From positions 1,920,001-1,984,000 of the forward strand of contig OY969706.1 in NCBI GenBank assembly GCA_963702095.1: a stretch of 64,000 bases of DNA, read 5' to 3'. Under the pieces are notes generated by a model that did not search any database, was not told where the DNA came from, and saw nothing but the letters and a program-made list of their open reading frames with translations. Below, piece by piece: positions 19,352-29,845 of the stretch (positions are counted from its first letter, which is position 1; each line of letters opens with the position of its first letter). Made by a program: the position numbers and the translations under genes. This DNA comes from Candidatus Bathyarchaeota archaeon. Lineage in GTDB: Archaea > Thermoproteota > Bathyarchaeia > Bathyarchaeales > Bathycorpusculaceae.

Positions 19352-20290
19352 TTGGCGATAAATTTGACCAATTCTTCTAGCGAAGTTTTCATCCTAAAAA
19401 CCACTGACCGCGCCTCAGGCATCCCCAAACTCCTCGAACAATTCAACCTAAACGATTACTCAGGCAAACAGGTGGCGTTGAAAGCGAATTTTAACAGTGC
19501 CGACCCCTTCCCCGCGTCAACCCACCTTGATACCCTGCGAGCCGTAGTGGAGGCGCTCAAGAACGCAGGTGCAGGGAAGGTTTCGATGGCGGAACGCAGC
19601 GGCATGGGAGACACCCGTGAAGTGCTTGAGCAAATGGGCGTTTTTAGGTTGGCAGAGGAGTTGGGGTTTGAAGCGATCGTTTTAGACGATGTAGGCAAGG
19701 AGGATTGGGTAAAGTTTGACCGTGATGAAACCCATTGGCTAAGGGGCTTCTACCTTGCCAGAGTGTTCCATGACGCCGACAAGGTAGTGCAGACCTGCTG
19801 CCTCAAAACCCACCGTTACGGCGGCCACTTCACATTGTCCATGAAAAACTCTGTAGGCATGGTTGCTAAGAGGGTGCCGGGCGGCATGTACGATTACATG
19901 TGGGAGCTACATGGGTCACCTTTTCAGCGGCAAATGATCGCGGAAATCAACAGCCACTACAACCTAGACTGGGTAGTTATGGACGGTATCAAAGCGTTTG
20001 TGGCGGGTGGTCCCGAAAGCGGCGATTTGGCGGAGCCGGGGTTACTGTTGGCAAGTCGGGATAGGGTGGCGATTGATGTGGTGGGAGTTGCGGTTCTCAA
20101 ATTGTATGGTGCAAGGGGAAAAGTGGGTTCAGAAAACGTTTTTGCCCAAGACCAAATCCGAAGAGCTGCCGAACTTGGCTTTGGCGCACAGTCGCCTAGA
20201 GACATAAAGTTGACTGCGCTAAACAGTGAAGCAGAAGTAGAAGTTGAGCGAATTGACAGAGTGTTGAATGCACAGATACTTACACATTAA
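19352..20290 (+). CDS. DUF362 family protein
   Basis: VALKANFN, STH, CLKTH, TLSMKN, DGI, DRVAID motifs. Confidence 0.85.
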   Translation: MAINLTNSSSEVFILKTTDRASGIPKLLEQFNLNDYSGKQVALKANFNSADPFPASTHLDTLRAVVEALKNAGAGKVSMAERSGMGDTREVLEQMGVFRLAEELGFEAIVLDDVGKEDWVKFDRDETHWLRGFYLARVFHDADKVVQTCCLKTHRYGGHFTLSMKNSVGMVAKRVPGGMYDYMWELHGSPFQRQMIAEINSHYNLDWVVMDGIKAFVAGGPESGDLAEPGLLLASRDRVAIDVVGVAVLKLYGARGKVGSENVFAQDQIRRAAELGFGAQSPRDIKLTALNSEAEVEVERIDRVLNAQILTH

Positions 20291-20313
20291 GCTGCATCCG
20301 AAAAAAGGGGAGT

Positions 20314-21390
20314 TTAGAGGGTTTTGCTGGCGTTTAAGCGTGGTTTGAGTTTTGAGAGGATTTTGGGGCTTGTAATCAACGCAAAAACAAGAGAAATCGC
20401 AGTTAAGGTACCTGTGGCGTAGCCAAGCACAACAGGGTCAGCCAGGGTAATCGTCGACTCTTTGGGACCCACATACTCCGTTGAAGCCACCGCACTCGCA
20501 CAGTACCATGCAACAGGCTGATCAGCAGTGATTCCGCCCCCGACTGAAACGTGATCTATGCCTGCGTTGTGGTTGTTGGTTAAGTTTTGTGCAGCTAAGA
20601 TTTCGACGTCGTTTAGGTAAAAGTGGACTTCTCCGTTCCCAGCGCTCTGTGTGCCCTTGAGTTCAACGAGGTACCAGGTGTTGGCTGCCACGGTCTCTGT
20701 GGAGTTTAGGCTTAGCACTTTGTCGCCGTCAACGTATGCGAGGCTCCAGTGGCAGGCGCCGTTTATGCGGACAACGTTTAGGGCGCAGACGCCGTTTGCA
20801 GGGGTAAAGTTGCCTTCTATGGCAGAATTGTATATGCCTCCGGCGCCGATTATGTTGCCGTCGGTTGTGGGCAAGTTGCCGAAGAATAGGTACCATCGCC
20901 AATTCAGGCTGTCGTAAGTTTGGTTGAGCCACTTGTAGACGTAGCCCCATTGGTTGGTTGTGGCATAGGTGGTGGAGCATTTCAGCATTGAATTAACCAC
21001 GCCCAAGTTGACCCCGCTTATGTCCGCGTTTGTCCATGCGCTTGTGTTGCCTGATGCAAAGTCGTCGCTGAACACGATGGAAGCTGGGTCAGGTGTAGGG
21101 TAGGGATGTGGAGTTGGAATAGGTGTTGGAACGGGGGTGGCGGTTGGCGCTTGTGTCGGATTTGTGGTGGGTGAGGGGGTTGCAGATGGGGATTGTGTGG
21201 GTTTTGCGGTTGTGTCTGGTGTCGGTGTGGTTGTTGGGGTGGGTGGTGTAGGCGTCGGTTTGGGAGTGGCGGTTGGTTGAGTATTGTTGCTATCTGATGC
21301 CGAGGGGGAGTACACCATTGCGGTGATTCCTACGGCAATTAACAAAACAGCGATGACGCCAATGGAGAGAAAAACAGTTTTATTATTCAT
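20314..21390 (-). CDS. Cell-surface protein with Pro/Thr linker, ConA/LamG-like beta domain and C-terminal TM anchor
   Basis: N-terminal TM, PT-rich linker, FSDDFASG start of domain, NTWYLVELK. Confidence 0.7.
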   Translation of the reverse strand: MNNKTVFLSIGVIAVLLIAVGITAMVYSPSASDSNNTQPTATPKPTPTPPTPTTTPTPDTTAKPTQSPSATPSPTTNPTQAPTATPVPTPIPTPHPYPTPDPASIVFSDDFASGNTSAWTNADISGVNLGVVNSMLKCSTTYATTNQWGYVYKWLNQTYDSLNWRWYLFFGNLPTTDGNIIGAGGIYNSAIEGNFTPANGVCALNVVRINGACHWSLAYVDGDKVLSLNSTETVAANTWYLVELKGTQSAGNGEVHFYLNDVEILAAQNLTNNHNAGIDHVSVGGGITADQPVAWYCASAVASTEYVGPKESTITLADPVVLGYATGTLTAISLVFALITSPKILSKLKPRLNASKTL

Positions 21391-21538
21391 TTAAAATTCT
21401 CCTAAACCAGAAGAAGCCAATAGCAAGGAATTCCTTGCCTTCAGAAAATAATATGCGGCGATTAATTATTAATGCATGTGACTGTGCGTTGCCTCTAGCA
21501 AATCAGCGCCAAACACAGCTAGTTTGGGATAAGAACCG

Positions 21539-21856
21539 CTATTCTTCTTGCCTCTGGAACAGTTCAGTAGAAAAAACCTTAAAGTTCTCGCTGGTCGGAG
21601 GTTTCTCCAGTAAATTCTGGATTTTTTTCTTAGATTCGGCAAATGCTTCCTTTGCAGATGAATTCAGTGCTTCTTCATCTTGCCAAACTGTCAAAATCAC
21701 CGCAGTGTTCGGCGCCTCGGTGGAGAACATCGACAAGTAGCCTCGGAACCCCTTGATTAATCTGACCGAAGAGTTGAGTGCGTTGTCGAGTTCTAAAAAG
21801 CCCTCTTCTGCTTTACCTTTCTTAAAAGTCCAAGTTGACATCCTAGCCGAAACCAT
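21539..21856 (-). CDS. Antibiotic biosynthesis monooxygenase (ABM)-like protein
   Basis: KGFRGY...LTVWQDEEAL pattern. Confidence 0.75.
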   Translation of the reverse strand: MVSARMSTWTFKKGKAEEGFLELDNALNSSVRLIKGFRGYLSMFSTEAPNTAVILTVWQDEEALNSSAKEAFAESKKKIQNLLEKPPTSENFKVFSTELFQRQEE

Positions 21857-21898
21857 ACATGTACACCAATTACTGATTGGCTCTTTGACCTTAAATAT

Positions 21899-22417
21899 TT
21901 AGAGGAGGTCGCCGATGCCATAGCGTTGGTCAAGGGCTTTTAGGAGTGCTTTGCGGAGGTCTTCGCCGTAGATTCCTGATGCTTTGAAGCCGCCTACTTC
22001 ATCGGCTAATTCTTTGTCGCCGATTACTTGGTCAAGCCAGCCTTCGAAGTCGCCGCGGTACAAATGGAAATCCAGTGAGTCAGAACACACCTGCTTTATC
22101 TGCCGATAGAACTCTTCGAGTGAATTAGCATTAAACCCCAGTGGTCTATCAACGCCTATGTGGAAGTGGAACGCTTTTTCTGGGGGAACAACGATCGGCA
22201 TTTTTAGGGCGTTTTTGCCTTTTTCAGTTAAGCCGTATCCAGCGCCGACTTTATGCAGAAAGCCTTTTTTCGCCAGTTCCTGCACATCCGCAATTGCCTC
22301 GTCGGGTGTGAGGTGAACTGCTTCTGCGAACACGTGTAGATCCATGCGGTTGGTGGCTTCATGCATGGTTCTTAAAATTCTTAGCTGCTCGTCCTTCAAG
22401 AATTGTCGCCTCGACAC
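21899..22417 (-). CDS. wHTH + DUF5752-like protein
   Basis: N-terminal wHTH (YGLTEKG); AFHF...ANSLEEF...SLDFHLYRGDFEGW...GDKELA. Confidence 0.75.
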   Translation of the reverse strand: MSRRQFLKDEQLRILRTMHEATNRMDLHVFAEAVHLTPDEAIADVQELAKKGFLHKVGAGYGLTEKGKNALKMPIVVPPEKAFHFHIGVDRPLGFNANSLEEFYRQIKQVCSDSLDFHLYRGDFEGWLDQVIGDKELADEVGGFKASGIYGEDLRKALLKALDQRYGIGDLL

Positions 22418-22495
22418 TAACTATAGTGGGGAGGGGCAATTTAAATGTGTCAATACTTAAAGGTGACTTGAATGTTTAGCTATTCGGCTACTCGT

Positions 22496-23254
22496 TTAGT
22501 TGGTTGAAGATGCCTCTTTAATGTAGCCTGCAACCGTTTCATCCGCTAACATATCCATCTTCTTTGTCGCAGTGGGGATAACGGCGATTTTGATTCTTAT
22601 GGGTAATTGCCTTGCATCCAAAGCTTTAACCAAACATTTTACCACAAGTTGGGTGCTTTCTTGTAAAGTTAAGCCTTCGCGGTAGGCGTCCTTGAGTATT
22701 GACAGGGCTGTTTCTTTTCCTGCGCCTATGGCGGTGGCTTTGAATCCGCGGTAGGTTCCGCCTGGGTGAGTGGCAAATAAATGTGCACCTGTTTTGTCGA
22801 CGCCACCTACGAGTATGGCAACGCCGAAGGGTCGTCCGCCGCCATGCTGCGTGTACACTTGCTGGACATCACATATCTTCGCGGTTAAGGCTTCTACATC
22901 GATGGGTTCATCGTAGGTTAGTTTGTTGCTTTGAGCGTCTATGCGGGCTTGGTTGACTAGGACTCGGGCATCAGAGCTCAAACCCACAATCGCCGTGCCG
23001 ATATGGGTGTCTAACTGGAAGATTTTCCATGAGTTGCCTGCTTCTTCTAGCACCTCGGGGTTTTCTTCTGAGCCTAAGACAACGCCTTCTTTGCATTGGA
23101 TGCCCAGTACGGTTGCACCGCGGTTAACTAGTTCCATGGCGTATTCTACTTGAAAGAGTCGCCCCTCAGGCGAAAAAACCGTATTATTATAATCGTAAGC
23201 TCCTGGCCTAGCAAACAGAGACATACAGTGGACACCAGATTTGACACCACTCAA
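22496..23254 (-). CDS. psmA: Proteasome subunit alpha
   Basis: YDYNNTVFSPEGRLFQVEYA and RPFGVAIL motifs. Confidence 0.95.
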   Translation of the reverse strand: MSGVKSGVHCMSLFARPGAYDYNNTVFSPEGRLFQVEYAMELVNRGATVLGIQCKEGVVLGSEENPEVLEEAGNSWKIFQLDTHIGTAIVGLSSDARVLVNQARIDAQSNKLTYDEPIDVEALTAKICDVQQVYTQHGGGRPFGVAILVGGVDKTGAHLFATHPGGTYRGFKATAIGAGKETALSILKDAYREGLTLQESTQLVVKCLVKALDARQLPIRIKIAVIPTATKKMDMLADETVAGYIKEASSTN

Positions 23255-23348
23255 GTATCCGATGGTTCATATAAGGCTACGCTATCTAAATGGTCCAAAC
23301 TAAAGGCGGCGGCAAGTATTTCTGCAGCAGAAACTAAACAGTACCTGA

Positions 23349-23681
23349 GTGTTAGCTTTGGCAACCGATTTTATCATTGTTTTAGTCACAACCAAAGACA
23401 AAGCAGAAGCAGAAAAAATCAGCTTAGCGCTGCTGGAGGAAAGGCTGATTGCATGCGCCAACGTCGTAAGCCCGGTGGCGTCGTGTTTTTTGTGGCAGGG
23501 TAAAATCGACCGTGCAGAAGAATGCCTTGTCGTGATGAAGTCACATAAAGACCTGTTTGCCCAGTTGGAGGCGCGGGTTAGGTTGCTGCATAGCTATGAA
23601 GTGCCCGAGATAGTAGCTCTGCCGATTGTGGATGGTTCGGCTGATTATTTAGGGTGGATGAGGCAGGTTCTCAAACAGTAA
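23349..23681 (+). CDS. cutA: Divalent-cation tolerance protein CutA
   Basis: LIACAN, WQGKI, HSYEVPEI, YLGW. Confidence 0.93.
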   Translation: MLALATDFIIVLVTTKDKAEAEKISLALLEERLIACANVVSPVASCFLWQGKIDRAEECLVVMKSHKDLFAQLEARVRLLHSYEVPEIVALPIVDGSADYLGWMRQVLKQ

Positions 23682-23792
23682 AGCCCTATTCGGCAAGCGT
23701 TTTTTCTGCAATCTTTTTTGGAACTGCAAAAAATTATTTGGTCACAGATTGGCTTGTTTTTTAGTTACCGATAAATACAAGCGCAAAAATAT

Positions 23793-24782
23793 TTGACTAA
23801 GATGCAGGCAATTAAACGCCACAAACTTGCGGCAGTATTCTCCATACTACTCATCGTTGTATTGGCTATTTCAATAATGGCAATCCTCGAAAACACACCC
23901 AAACCCCAGCCTAGGCCATCCCCCACACCGACACCCTCACCAGCTCCAACACCAACCTTGTCCCCGACAGCAACCACAACCGTCGCCCCGACTGAAATCA
24001 CAACCCCAAAAACCCCCGCCACGCAACCGCCCACACATGGAGTCTCACTTTTGCCCGGCGAAGTAAGCGAATATGAAGGCCAAGCCTTAACACCCATCAA
24101 TGCTTACTTAGCTCAAACTAGTGAGCACCCCGATGTTGCCATAGCGGGGGTTCAATACATTGATACTGACACTTACCATTTAGCCATCACTGGAATGGTA
24201 AATAACCCAGTAGATTACACCTACGACCAAGTTGTCAACAACTTTAATTATACTTTGCAAGTTGTAACTTTGCCCTGTGTAGAGGGTTGGGGCGTAACTA
24301 TGCTCTGGCAAGGAGTAACTCTAACTGATCTGCTCAATCAAACCGGTGTGGGTTCGGATGCGAATACGCTTATTTTCTTGGCTTCGGATGGTTACTCTAC
24401 CTCGCTGCCTCTGGACTACGTTAGAGAAAACAACATTATGATTGCCTACAAAATGAACAACCTTACTCTTACGCCGCAGACGGGGTGGCCTTTCTTTTTA
24501 GTCGCCAAAAGCCTCTATGGTTACAAGTGGATAGAGTGGGTAACTGAGATTAACGTGTCAAATGATTCTAACTATTTGGGTTACTGGGAGAGTCGCGGTT
24601 ACCCTAACTTGGCGACTGTGCAAAACGTTGGTGGCAGTGCAGAGTTGCCGAATGGGTTTACGGTTGTTTTCTTGGTTGGTGTTACTGCGGTTGTGTGTGT
24701 TGCTGTGGCGGCGGGGGTTGTTTTGTTGCGGGTGAGGAGAAGACAAACACACACTGTACAGTTTTGTACAGATAAGCCTTAA
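23793..24782 (+). CDS. Membrane-anchored molybdopterin oxidoreductase (sulfite oxidase/MsrP-like)
   Basis: LPCVEGW (Mo-ligating Cys), DGYSTSLPL, YGYKWIEW, GYWESRGY; N- and C-terminal TMs. Confidence 0.88.
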   Translation: MTKMQAIKRHKLAAVFSILLIVVLAISIMAILENTPKPQPRPSPTPTPSPAPTPTLSPTATTTVAPTEITTPKTPATQPPTHGVSLLPGEVSEYEGQALTPINAYLAQTSEHPDVAIAGVQYIDTDTYHLAITGMVNNPVDYTYDQVVNNFNYTLQVVTLPCVEGWGVTMLWQGVTLTDLLNQTGVGSDANTLIFLASDGYSTSLPLDYVRENNIMIAYKMNNLTLTPQTGWPFFLVAKSLYGYKWIEWVTEINVSNDSNYLGYWESRGYPNLATVQNVGGSAELPNGFTVVFLVGVTAVVCVAVAAGVVLLRVRRRQTHTVQFCTDKP

Positions 24783-24785
24783 ATA
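24755..24785 (+). promoter_or_regulatory. Paired TRP boxes (TGTACA-N4-TGTACA) and TATA box of the trp operon
   Basis: TGTACA at 24755-24760 and 24765-24770, TTAAATA at 24779-24785, directly upstream of trpE; matches the euryarchaeal TrpY box consensus. Confidence 0.7.
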
Positions 24786-24825
24786 ACACATTGCTGTATT
24801 GATGTGAACCATACCTGGAGCATGA

Positions 24826-26247
24826 TTACAATGGGGAATCGCCTTTGGCACACAAACCACAACGGCCACCAAGCCGCTAAACTACGTTAAACACAACTAC
24901 CACCAAAACCCACCCATAGAAATCTTTTCAAAACTCCACCAACACTACCAAACCGCCTACCTCCTCGAATCCATCGAAGGCCCCCAAAAACTCGCACAGT
25001 ACAGCTTCTTAGGCTTCGACCCAAAAATCACCATAACCGCCAAAAACGGCGCCGTAACCACAACCAACACCCAAACCGGCGAAACCTCAACCCAACACAC
25101 CAACGACCCCTTCAAAATCATACAGCAGCAGCTTGCACCCTACGCAAACGACATGGTGGACTTCCGCTTCGTCGGCGGCGCCTTGGGTTACATTGGCTAT
25201 GATGCGGTGCGCTACATCGAGAAGCTGCCCGATCAGAAACCTGACACTTTGGGCTTTCCCGATGTTGATATGGGTATTTTTGAGGATGGGTTAGTGTTTG
25301 ACCACACACAAAAGCAAGCTTACTATTATTTCAGGGGCGAAAACCGCCTGGATGAAATCAAGGCGTTGCTACAGGAGGCGCCTGCAAAAGAGGAACCCTT
25401 CACCTACACCCAGCCTAAAGTAGACACTGCGAAACCGGATTTTGAGCAGGCAGTTACTAAAGCCAAACAGTACATTACCGCAGGAGACATCTTTCAAGTT
25501 GTACTCTCCAAACGCTTCGGCTTCCAATACAGCGGCAGCTTACTCTCCTTCTACAAGAGCCTCCGCCAAATCAACCCCTCCCCCTACATGTACTACTACA
25601 AGTCAGGCAACCGCCAAATCGTCGGCGCAAGCCCTGAGATGCTTGTGCGCGTGGACAAACGCAAAGTCATGACTTTCCCCATCGCCGGCACCGTCCCGCA
25701 CACGCTTGACCCAGAGGAGAACTCCCGCTTGGGCAAACAGATGCTCGACGACCCCAAGGAGCGGGCGGAGCACGTGATGCTTGTGGATTTAGCACGCAAC
25801 GACATAGGCAGAATCAGCCGCTACGGCAGCGTGTCAGTTCCTGAGTTTATGCAGATTCACCAGTTCAGCCACGTCCAACACATTGTCTCGCAGGTGGTCG
25901 GTGATTTGAAGGAGGGATTGGAGAGTTTTGATTCATTCAAAGCCGTCTTCCCCGCGGGCACTGTTTCGGGGGCGCCGAAGGTGCGGGCGATGGAAATCAT
26001 CGAGGAACTTGAGCTCACAAGGCGCGGTCCATACGCGGGGGCAGTGGGCTATTTTAGCTGCAACGGCAATGCTGACTTCGCCATAACCATCCGCACCCTC
26101 TTCGCCGAAGGCAACACCGCCTACATCCAAGCTGGCGCGGGTATAGTGGCTGATTCGGACCCTGAGAAAGAGTGGTTTGAAACCGACCATAAAGCCAAGG
26201 CGCTGATGCAAGCGCTGGAACATGCACAGGGAGGCAAGGGGCAATGA
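24826..26247 (+). CDS. trpE: Anthranilate synthase component I (start codon not resolved)
   Basis: Frame open from 24826 including AYLLESIEG...AQYSFLGFDP; GDIFQVV, NPSPYM, KERAEHVMLVDLARND, GAPKVRAM. Confidence 0.93.
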   Translation, partial: LQWGIAFGTQTTTATKPLNYVKHNYHQNPPIEIFSKLHQHYQTAYLLESIEGPQKLAQYSFLGFDPKITITAKNGAVTTTNTQTGETSTQHTNDPFKIIQQQLAPYANDMVDFRFVGGALGYIGYDAVRYIEKLPDQKPDTLGFPDVDMGIFEDGLVFDHTQKQAYYYFRGENRLDEIKALLQEAPAKEEPFTYTQPKVDTAKPDFEQAVTKAKQYITAGDIFQVVLSKRFGFQYSGSLLSFYKSLRQINPSPYMYYYKSGNRQIVGASPEMLVRVDKRKVMTFPIAGTVPHTLDPEENSRLGKQMLDDPKERAEHVMLVDLARNDIGRISRYGSVSVPEFMQIHQFSHVQHIVSQVVGDLKEGLESFDSFKAVFPAGTVSGAPKVRAMEIIEELELTRRGPYAGAVGYFSCNGNADFAITIRTLFAEGNTAYIQAGAGIVADSDPEKEWFETDHKAKALMQALEHAQGGKGQ

Positions 26248-26828
26248 AGGTGCTGGTAATAGACAACTATGACAGCTTCGTCTACAACTTGGTGCAGTAC
26301 ATTGGCGAGCAGGGCGCGGAAACAGCCGTGTACAGAAACGACCAAATCACACTACAAGAGGCTGTGGCGCTTAAGCCTGACCGCATCGTCATCTCACCGG
26401 GCCCAGGCAACCCCGAAGACGACAAATATTTCGGCGTCTGCAAAGCCATCCTCCGAACGCTGAGCCCAACCGTGCCCACCTTAGGCGTATGCCTAGGCCA
26501 CCAAGGCATCATCCACACATACGGCGGCAAAGTCGTCCACGCCAAAAAACTCATGCATGGCAAAACCTGCACCATACGCCACAACACAGAAGGCATCTTC
26601 GAGGGCGTCCGCAACCCCTTCAACGCCACCCGCTACCACTCACTCGCAGGCGAACGCACCAGCATCCCCAGCTGCCTCGAAATCACCGCTGAAGCCATCG
26701 ACGACGGCGAAATCATGGGCGTCCGACACCGCAAATTCCCCATTTATGGCGTCCAATTCCACCCCGAGAGCATTCTGTGTGAAGACGGCAAACTCATTAT
26801 CAGGAACTTTTTGGAGACAAAACTATGA
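26244..26828 (+). CDS. trpG: Anthranilate synthase component II (glutamine amidotransferase)
   Basis: IDNYDSF, SPGPG, GVCLGHQ, RYHSL, QFHPES. Confidence 0.96.
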   Translation: MKVLVIDNYDSFVYNLVQYIGEQGAETAVYRNDQITLQEAVALKPDRIVISPGPGNPEDDKYFGVCKAILRTLSPTVPTLGVCLGHQGIIHTYGGKVVHAKKLMHGKTCTIRHNTEGIFEGVRNPFNATRYHSLAGERTSIPSCLEITAEAIDDGEIMGVRHRKFPIYGVQFHPESILCEDGKLIIRNFLETKL

Positions 26829-27877
26829 TACGCGAAGGAATAGCCAAACTCATCGAGGGCACCGACTTAACCTACGAAGAATCAGGCGCCATCATGACGG
26901 AAATCATGTCGGGCAAAGCCACAAGTCCGCAGACCGCCGCGTTTCTAACAGCACTGCGGATGAAGGGCGAATCGGTGGAGGAACTCATCGCTTTTGCTTC
27001 GGTTATGAGGAGTCATTGCCGCCAAATCCACCCCAAAGTGCAGGGGCGACTGGTTGACACATGCGGTACGGGCGGAGATAGAATCAAAACTTTTAACGTC
27101 AGCACCGCCGCTGCATTCGTCATCGCAGGCGCAGGCGTCTCGGTGGCGAAGCATGGCAACCGCGCAGTCACAAGCAAAAGCGGAAGCGCCGACGTGCTAG
27201 AGAAACTCGGGGTCAACCTCACCGTGGAACCTCAGACAGTCGAAGTTGTCATCGAGCGGGTCGGCGTAGGCTTCATGTTCGCCCCAGCTTTTCACCCGGC
27301 CATGAAGCATGTGGCGCCGGTGAGGCGTGAAATCGGCATTCGAACAGTCTTCAATGTACTCGGTCCCTTAACGAACCCCGCTAATGCTTCGGCGCAGCTG
27401 CTGGGCGTCTATGACCCAAAGCTGGTGGCTCTGCTGGCATCAGCGTTGGGGCGGCTGGGCTGCCAAGAAGCCATCGTGGTACATGGACTCGACGGGCTAG
27501 ACGAAATCTCCACGGTTGGAACGACTGCTGTTGCGCACTTAAAAGACGGCAAAGTAACCGAAACCGAGATGTTGCCCAGTGATTTCGGAGTAAAAAAAGC
27601 TGACATCGCAGAGCTAAAGTGTGGCTCAGCGGAGGAAAGCGCGCAGGTAACCATCAAAATCTTGTCTGGAGAGTTGCTGGGTACCGCGAAAGCCGACATC
27701 GTGCTCGTCAACGCTGCTGCAGGCATCGTGGCTGGTGGAAAAGCTTCCTCGTTTGTACTGGGCATGGAGTTAGCCCAAAAATCTATCACCAGCGGTGCAG
27801 CCTACAGTAAATTAAAGAGTCTGGTTAAAATGTCAGGTGGAAACTTGCAGAAAATTGAGGAGCTTGAGCGTGCATGA
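26825..27877 (+). CDS. trpD: Anthranilate phosphoribosyltransferase
   Basis: DTCGTGGD, NVST, KHGNR, SGSAD, GLDE. Confidence 0.96.
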   Translation: MIREGIAKLIEGTDLTYEESGAIMTEIMSGKATSPQTAAFLTALRMKGESVEELIAFASVMRSHCRQIHPKVQGRLVDTCGTGGDRIKTFNVSTAAAFVIAGAGVSVAKHGNRAVTSKSGSADVLEKLGVNLTVEPQTVEVVIERVGVGFMFAPAFHPAMKHVAPVRREIGIRTVFNVLGPLTNPANASAQLLGVYDPKLVALLASALGRLGCQEAIVVHGLDGLDEISTVGTTAVAHLKDGKVTETEMLPSDFGVKKADIAELKCGSAEESAQVTIKILSGELLGTAKADIVLVNAAAGIVAGGKASSFVLGMELAQKSITSGAAYSKLKSLVKMSGGNLQKIEELERA

Positions 27878-28653
27878 CTGATTTCCTCGACACATTAGCC
27901 AAGGATGCTTTGGACAGTATTGATAGCGGATACTATAAGCACTACAGAACCGTTAAGCCCGTCCGCGCGAGCCTAAAAGCGGCGGTCTTAACATCCAAAG
28001 CTAACGCGGTAATAGCTGAAATAAAAGCGGCTTCCCCCTCCGTTGGAACCATCCGTAGCACTGTGGACGCGGCAGCCACAGCACAGGCGATGCAGAGGGG
28101 CGGTGCAGCAGGCTTATCGGTGCTAACAGAGCCCAAACACTTCAACGGCTCACTACAGGCGCTTAGCCAAGCTCGAGCAGCCGTGAAATTACCCATCCTT
28201 ATGAAGGATATTGTTCTGGTGCAAAAGCAAATTGAGGTGGCCTCCAAGCTGGGTGCCAATGCGATACTATTGATTGAGGCGCTTTTTGATAGGGGCTACT
28301 GCGACGTTGATGACGTAGAGCAAGCCATCGCTAATGCACATGGTTACGGGTTAGAGGTGCTGCTTGAAGCGCATACCGAGGCAGAATATCTTAAAGCGGT
28401 TCAGACCAAAGCGGACATAGTCGGCATCAACAACCGCAACCTAGCCACGCTACAAATCGACTTAGGCACCACCAAAACCATCCTACAGCGGCATGGCAAA
28501 CACGACAAAACCGTGATATCCGAAAGCGGCATCAAAACCGCCGACGACCTCAGATACCTGCGTAGCTGCGGCGCCGACGCTTTCCTAGTCGGCTCCAGCA
28601 TCATGTTAACAGAAGACATTGAATCGAAAGTCAGGGAGTTTGTAGAAACATGA
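27874..28653 (+). CDS. trpC: Indole-3-glycerol phosphate synthase
   Basis: [31 protein letters not shown]. Confidence 0.96.
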   Translation: MTDFLDTLAKDALDSIDSGYYKHYRTVKPVRASLKAAVLTSKANAVIAEIKAASPSVGTIRSTVDAAATAQAMQRGGAAGLSVLTEPKHFNGSLQALSQARAAVKLPILMKDIVLVQKQIEVASKLGANAILLIEALFDRGYCDVDDVEQAIANAHGYGLEVLLEAHTEAEYLKAVQTKADIVGINNRNLATLQIDLGTTKTILQRHGKHDKTVISESGIKTADDLRYLRSCGADAFLVGSSIMLTEDIESKVREFVET

Positions 28654-29845
28654 AGTTAAGTGACAACCCAATAAATGGCAAATATGGCAAGTTCGGCGGA
28701 CGCTTCGTCCCCGAAGTCCTCATGGAAGCTATCACCGAACTCGAAAAAGCGTATGCGCAAGCAAAAGCTGACCCAGCGTTCCAGCGGCAACTGGACTATT
28801 ACCTCGCCGATTTCGTCGGCAGGCCCACACTGCTCTACTACGCCGAAAACCTCACCCGCAAACTCGGCGGCGCAAAAATCTACCTCAAACGCGAAGACCT
28901 CGCCCATGGAGGCGCCCACAAAATCAACAACACCCTCGGACAGGCATTACTCGCCAAGCGGATGGGTAAAACCCGCATCATCGCCGAAACTGGAGCGGGA
29001 CAACACGGCGTGGCAACAGCCATCGCATGCGCCGCGCTCGGCCTCAAAGGCATCGTGTACATGGGCACCGAGGACTGCGAACGCCAACGCCTAAACGTCT
29101 TCCGCATGAAACTGCTCAACACCGAAGTGTACCCCGTCGAATCCGGCTCAAAAACCCTCAAAGACAGCATCAACGAAGCCTTTCGCGACTGGGTAACCAA
29201 CCTCGAATCCACATACTACCTCATCGGCTCCACCATGGGGCCTCATCCTTACCCGATGATTGTGCGGGACTTCCAAAGCGTGATTGGCAAAGAAATAAAG
29301 CAGCAGTTCAAACAGAAAACCGGCGGTTTACCCGACGCTTTGGTGGCTTGTGTTGGCGGCGGCAGCAATGCGATGGGCACCTTCTACCCCTTCGAAGACG
29401 ACAAAGAAGTCAAGCTGTATGGTGTGGAAGCTGCGGGGGAAGGCATCGAAACGGGCAGGCACGCGGCAACGTTGGCGGCGGGGGAAGAGGGCGTGTTCCA
29501 TGGTATGTACACCTACATCCTTCAAGATAAAAATGGCCAAATCCAAAACACCACCAGCATCTCCGCGGGCTTAGATTACCCCGGAGTCGGCCCGAACATT
29601 CCTACCTCAAGACGATAAAGAGGGCGGAATACGGTTACGCAGATGACAAAGAAGCGGTCGACGCATTCCTCACGCTATGCAGAGAAGAAGGCATTCTGCC
29701 CGCTTTGGAGTCCTCGCATGCCTTGGCGTATGCCATGAAGTTGGCGCCCCAAATGCGCAGTGACCAATCCATAGTCGTTACGCTTTCAGGCAGGGGCGAC
29801 AAAGACGTGGAAACCATAGCAAACTACATAGGTGCAAAGATATGA
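28650..29845 (+). CDS. trpB: Tryptophan synthase beta chain (TrpB1); single-base frameshift near 29593
   Basis: [27 protein letters not shown]; after GLDYPGVGP the sequence EHSYLK...[12 protein letters not shown]...LSGRGDKD continues in another frame to TGA at 29843-29845. Confidence 0.93.

Noticed and set aside
21090-21280. Pro/Thr tandem-like repeats (also near 23900-24030 and 60600)
   Set aside because: Ordinary low-complexity linkers of surface proteins
29580-29620. Programmed frameshifting in trpB (and rad50)
   Set aside because: No slippery heptamer or stimulatory structure is evident; the window-wide indel pattern favours assembly error
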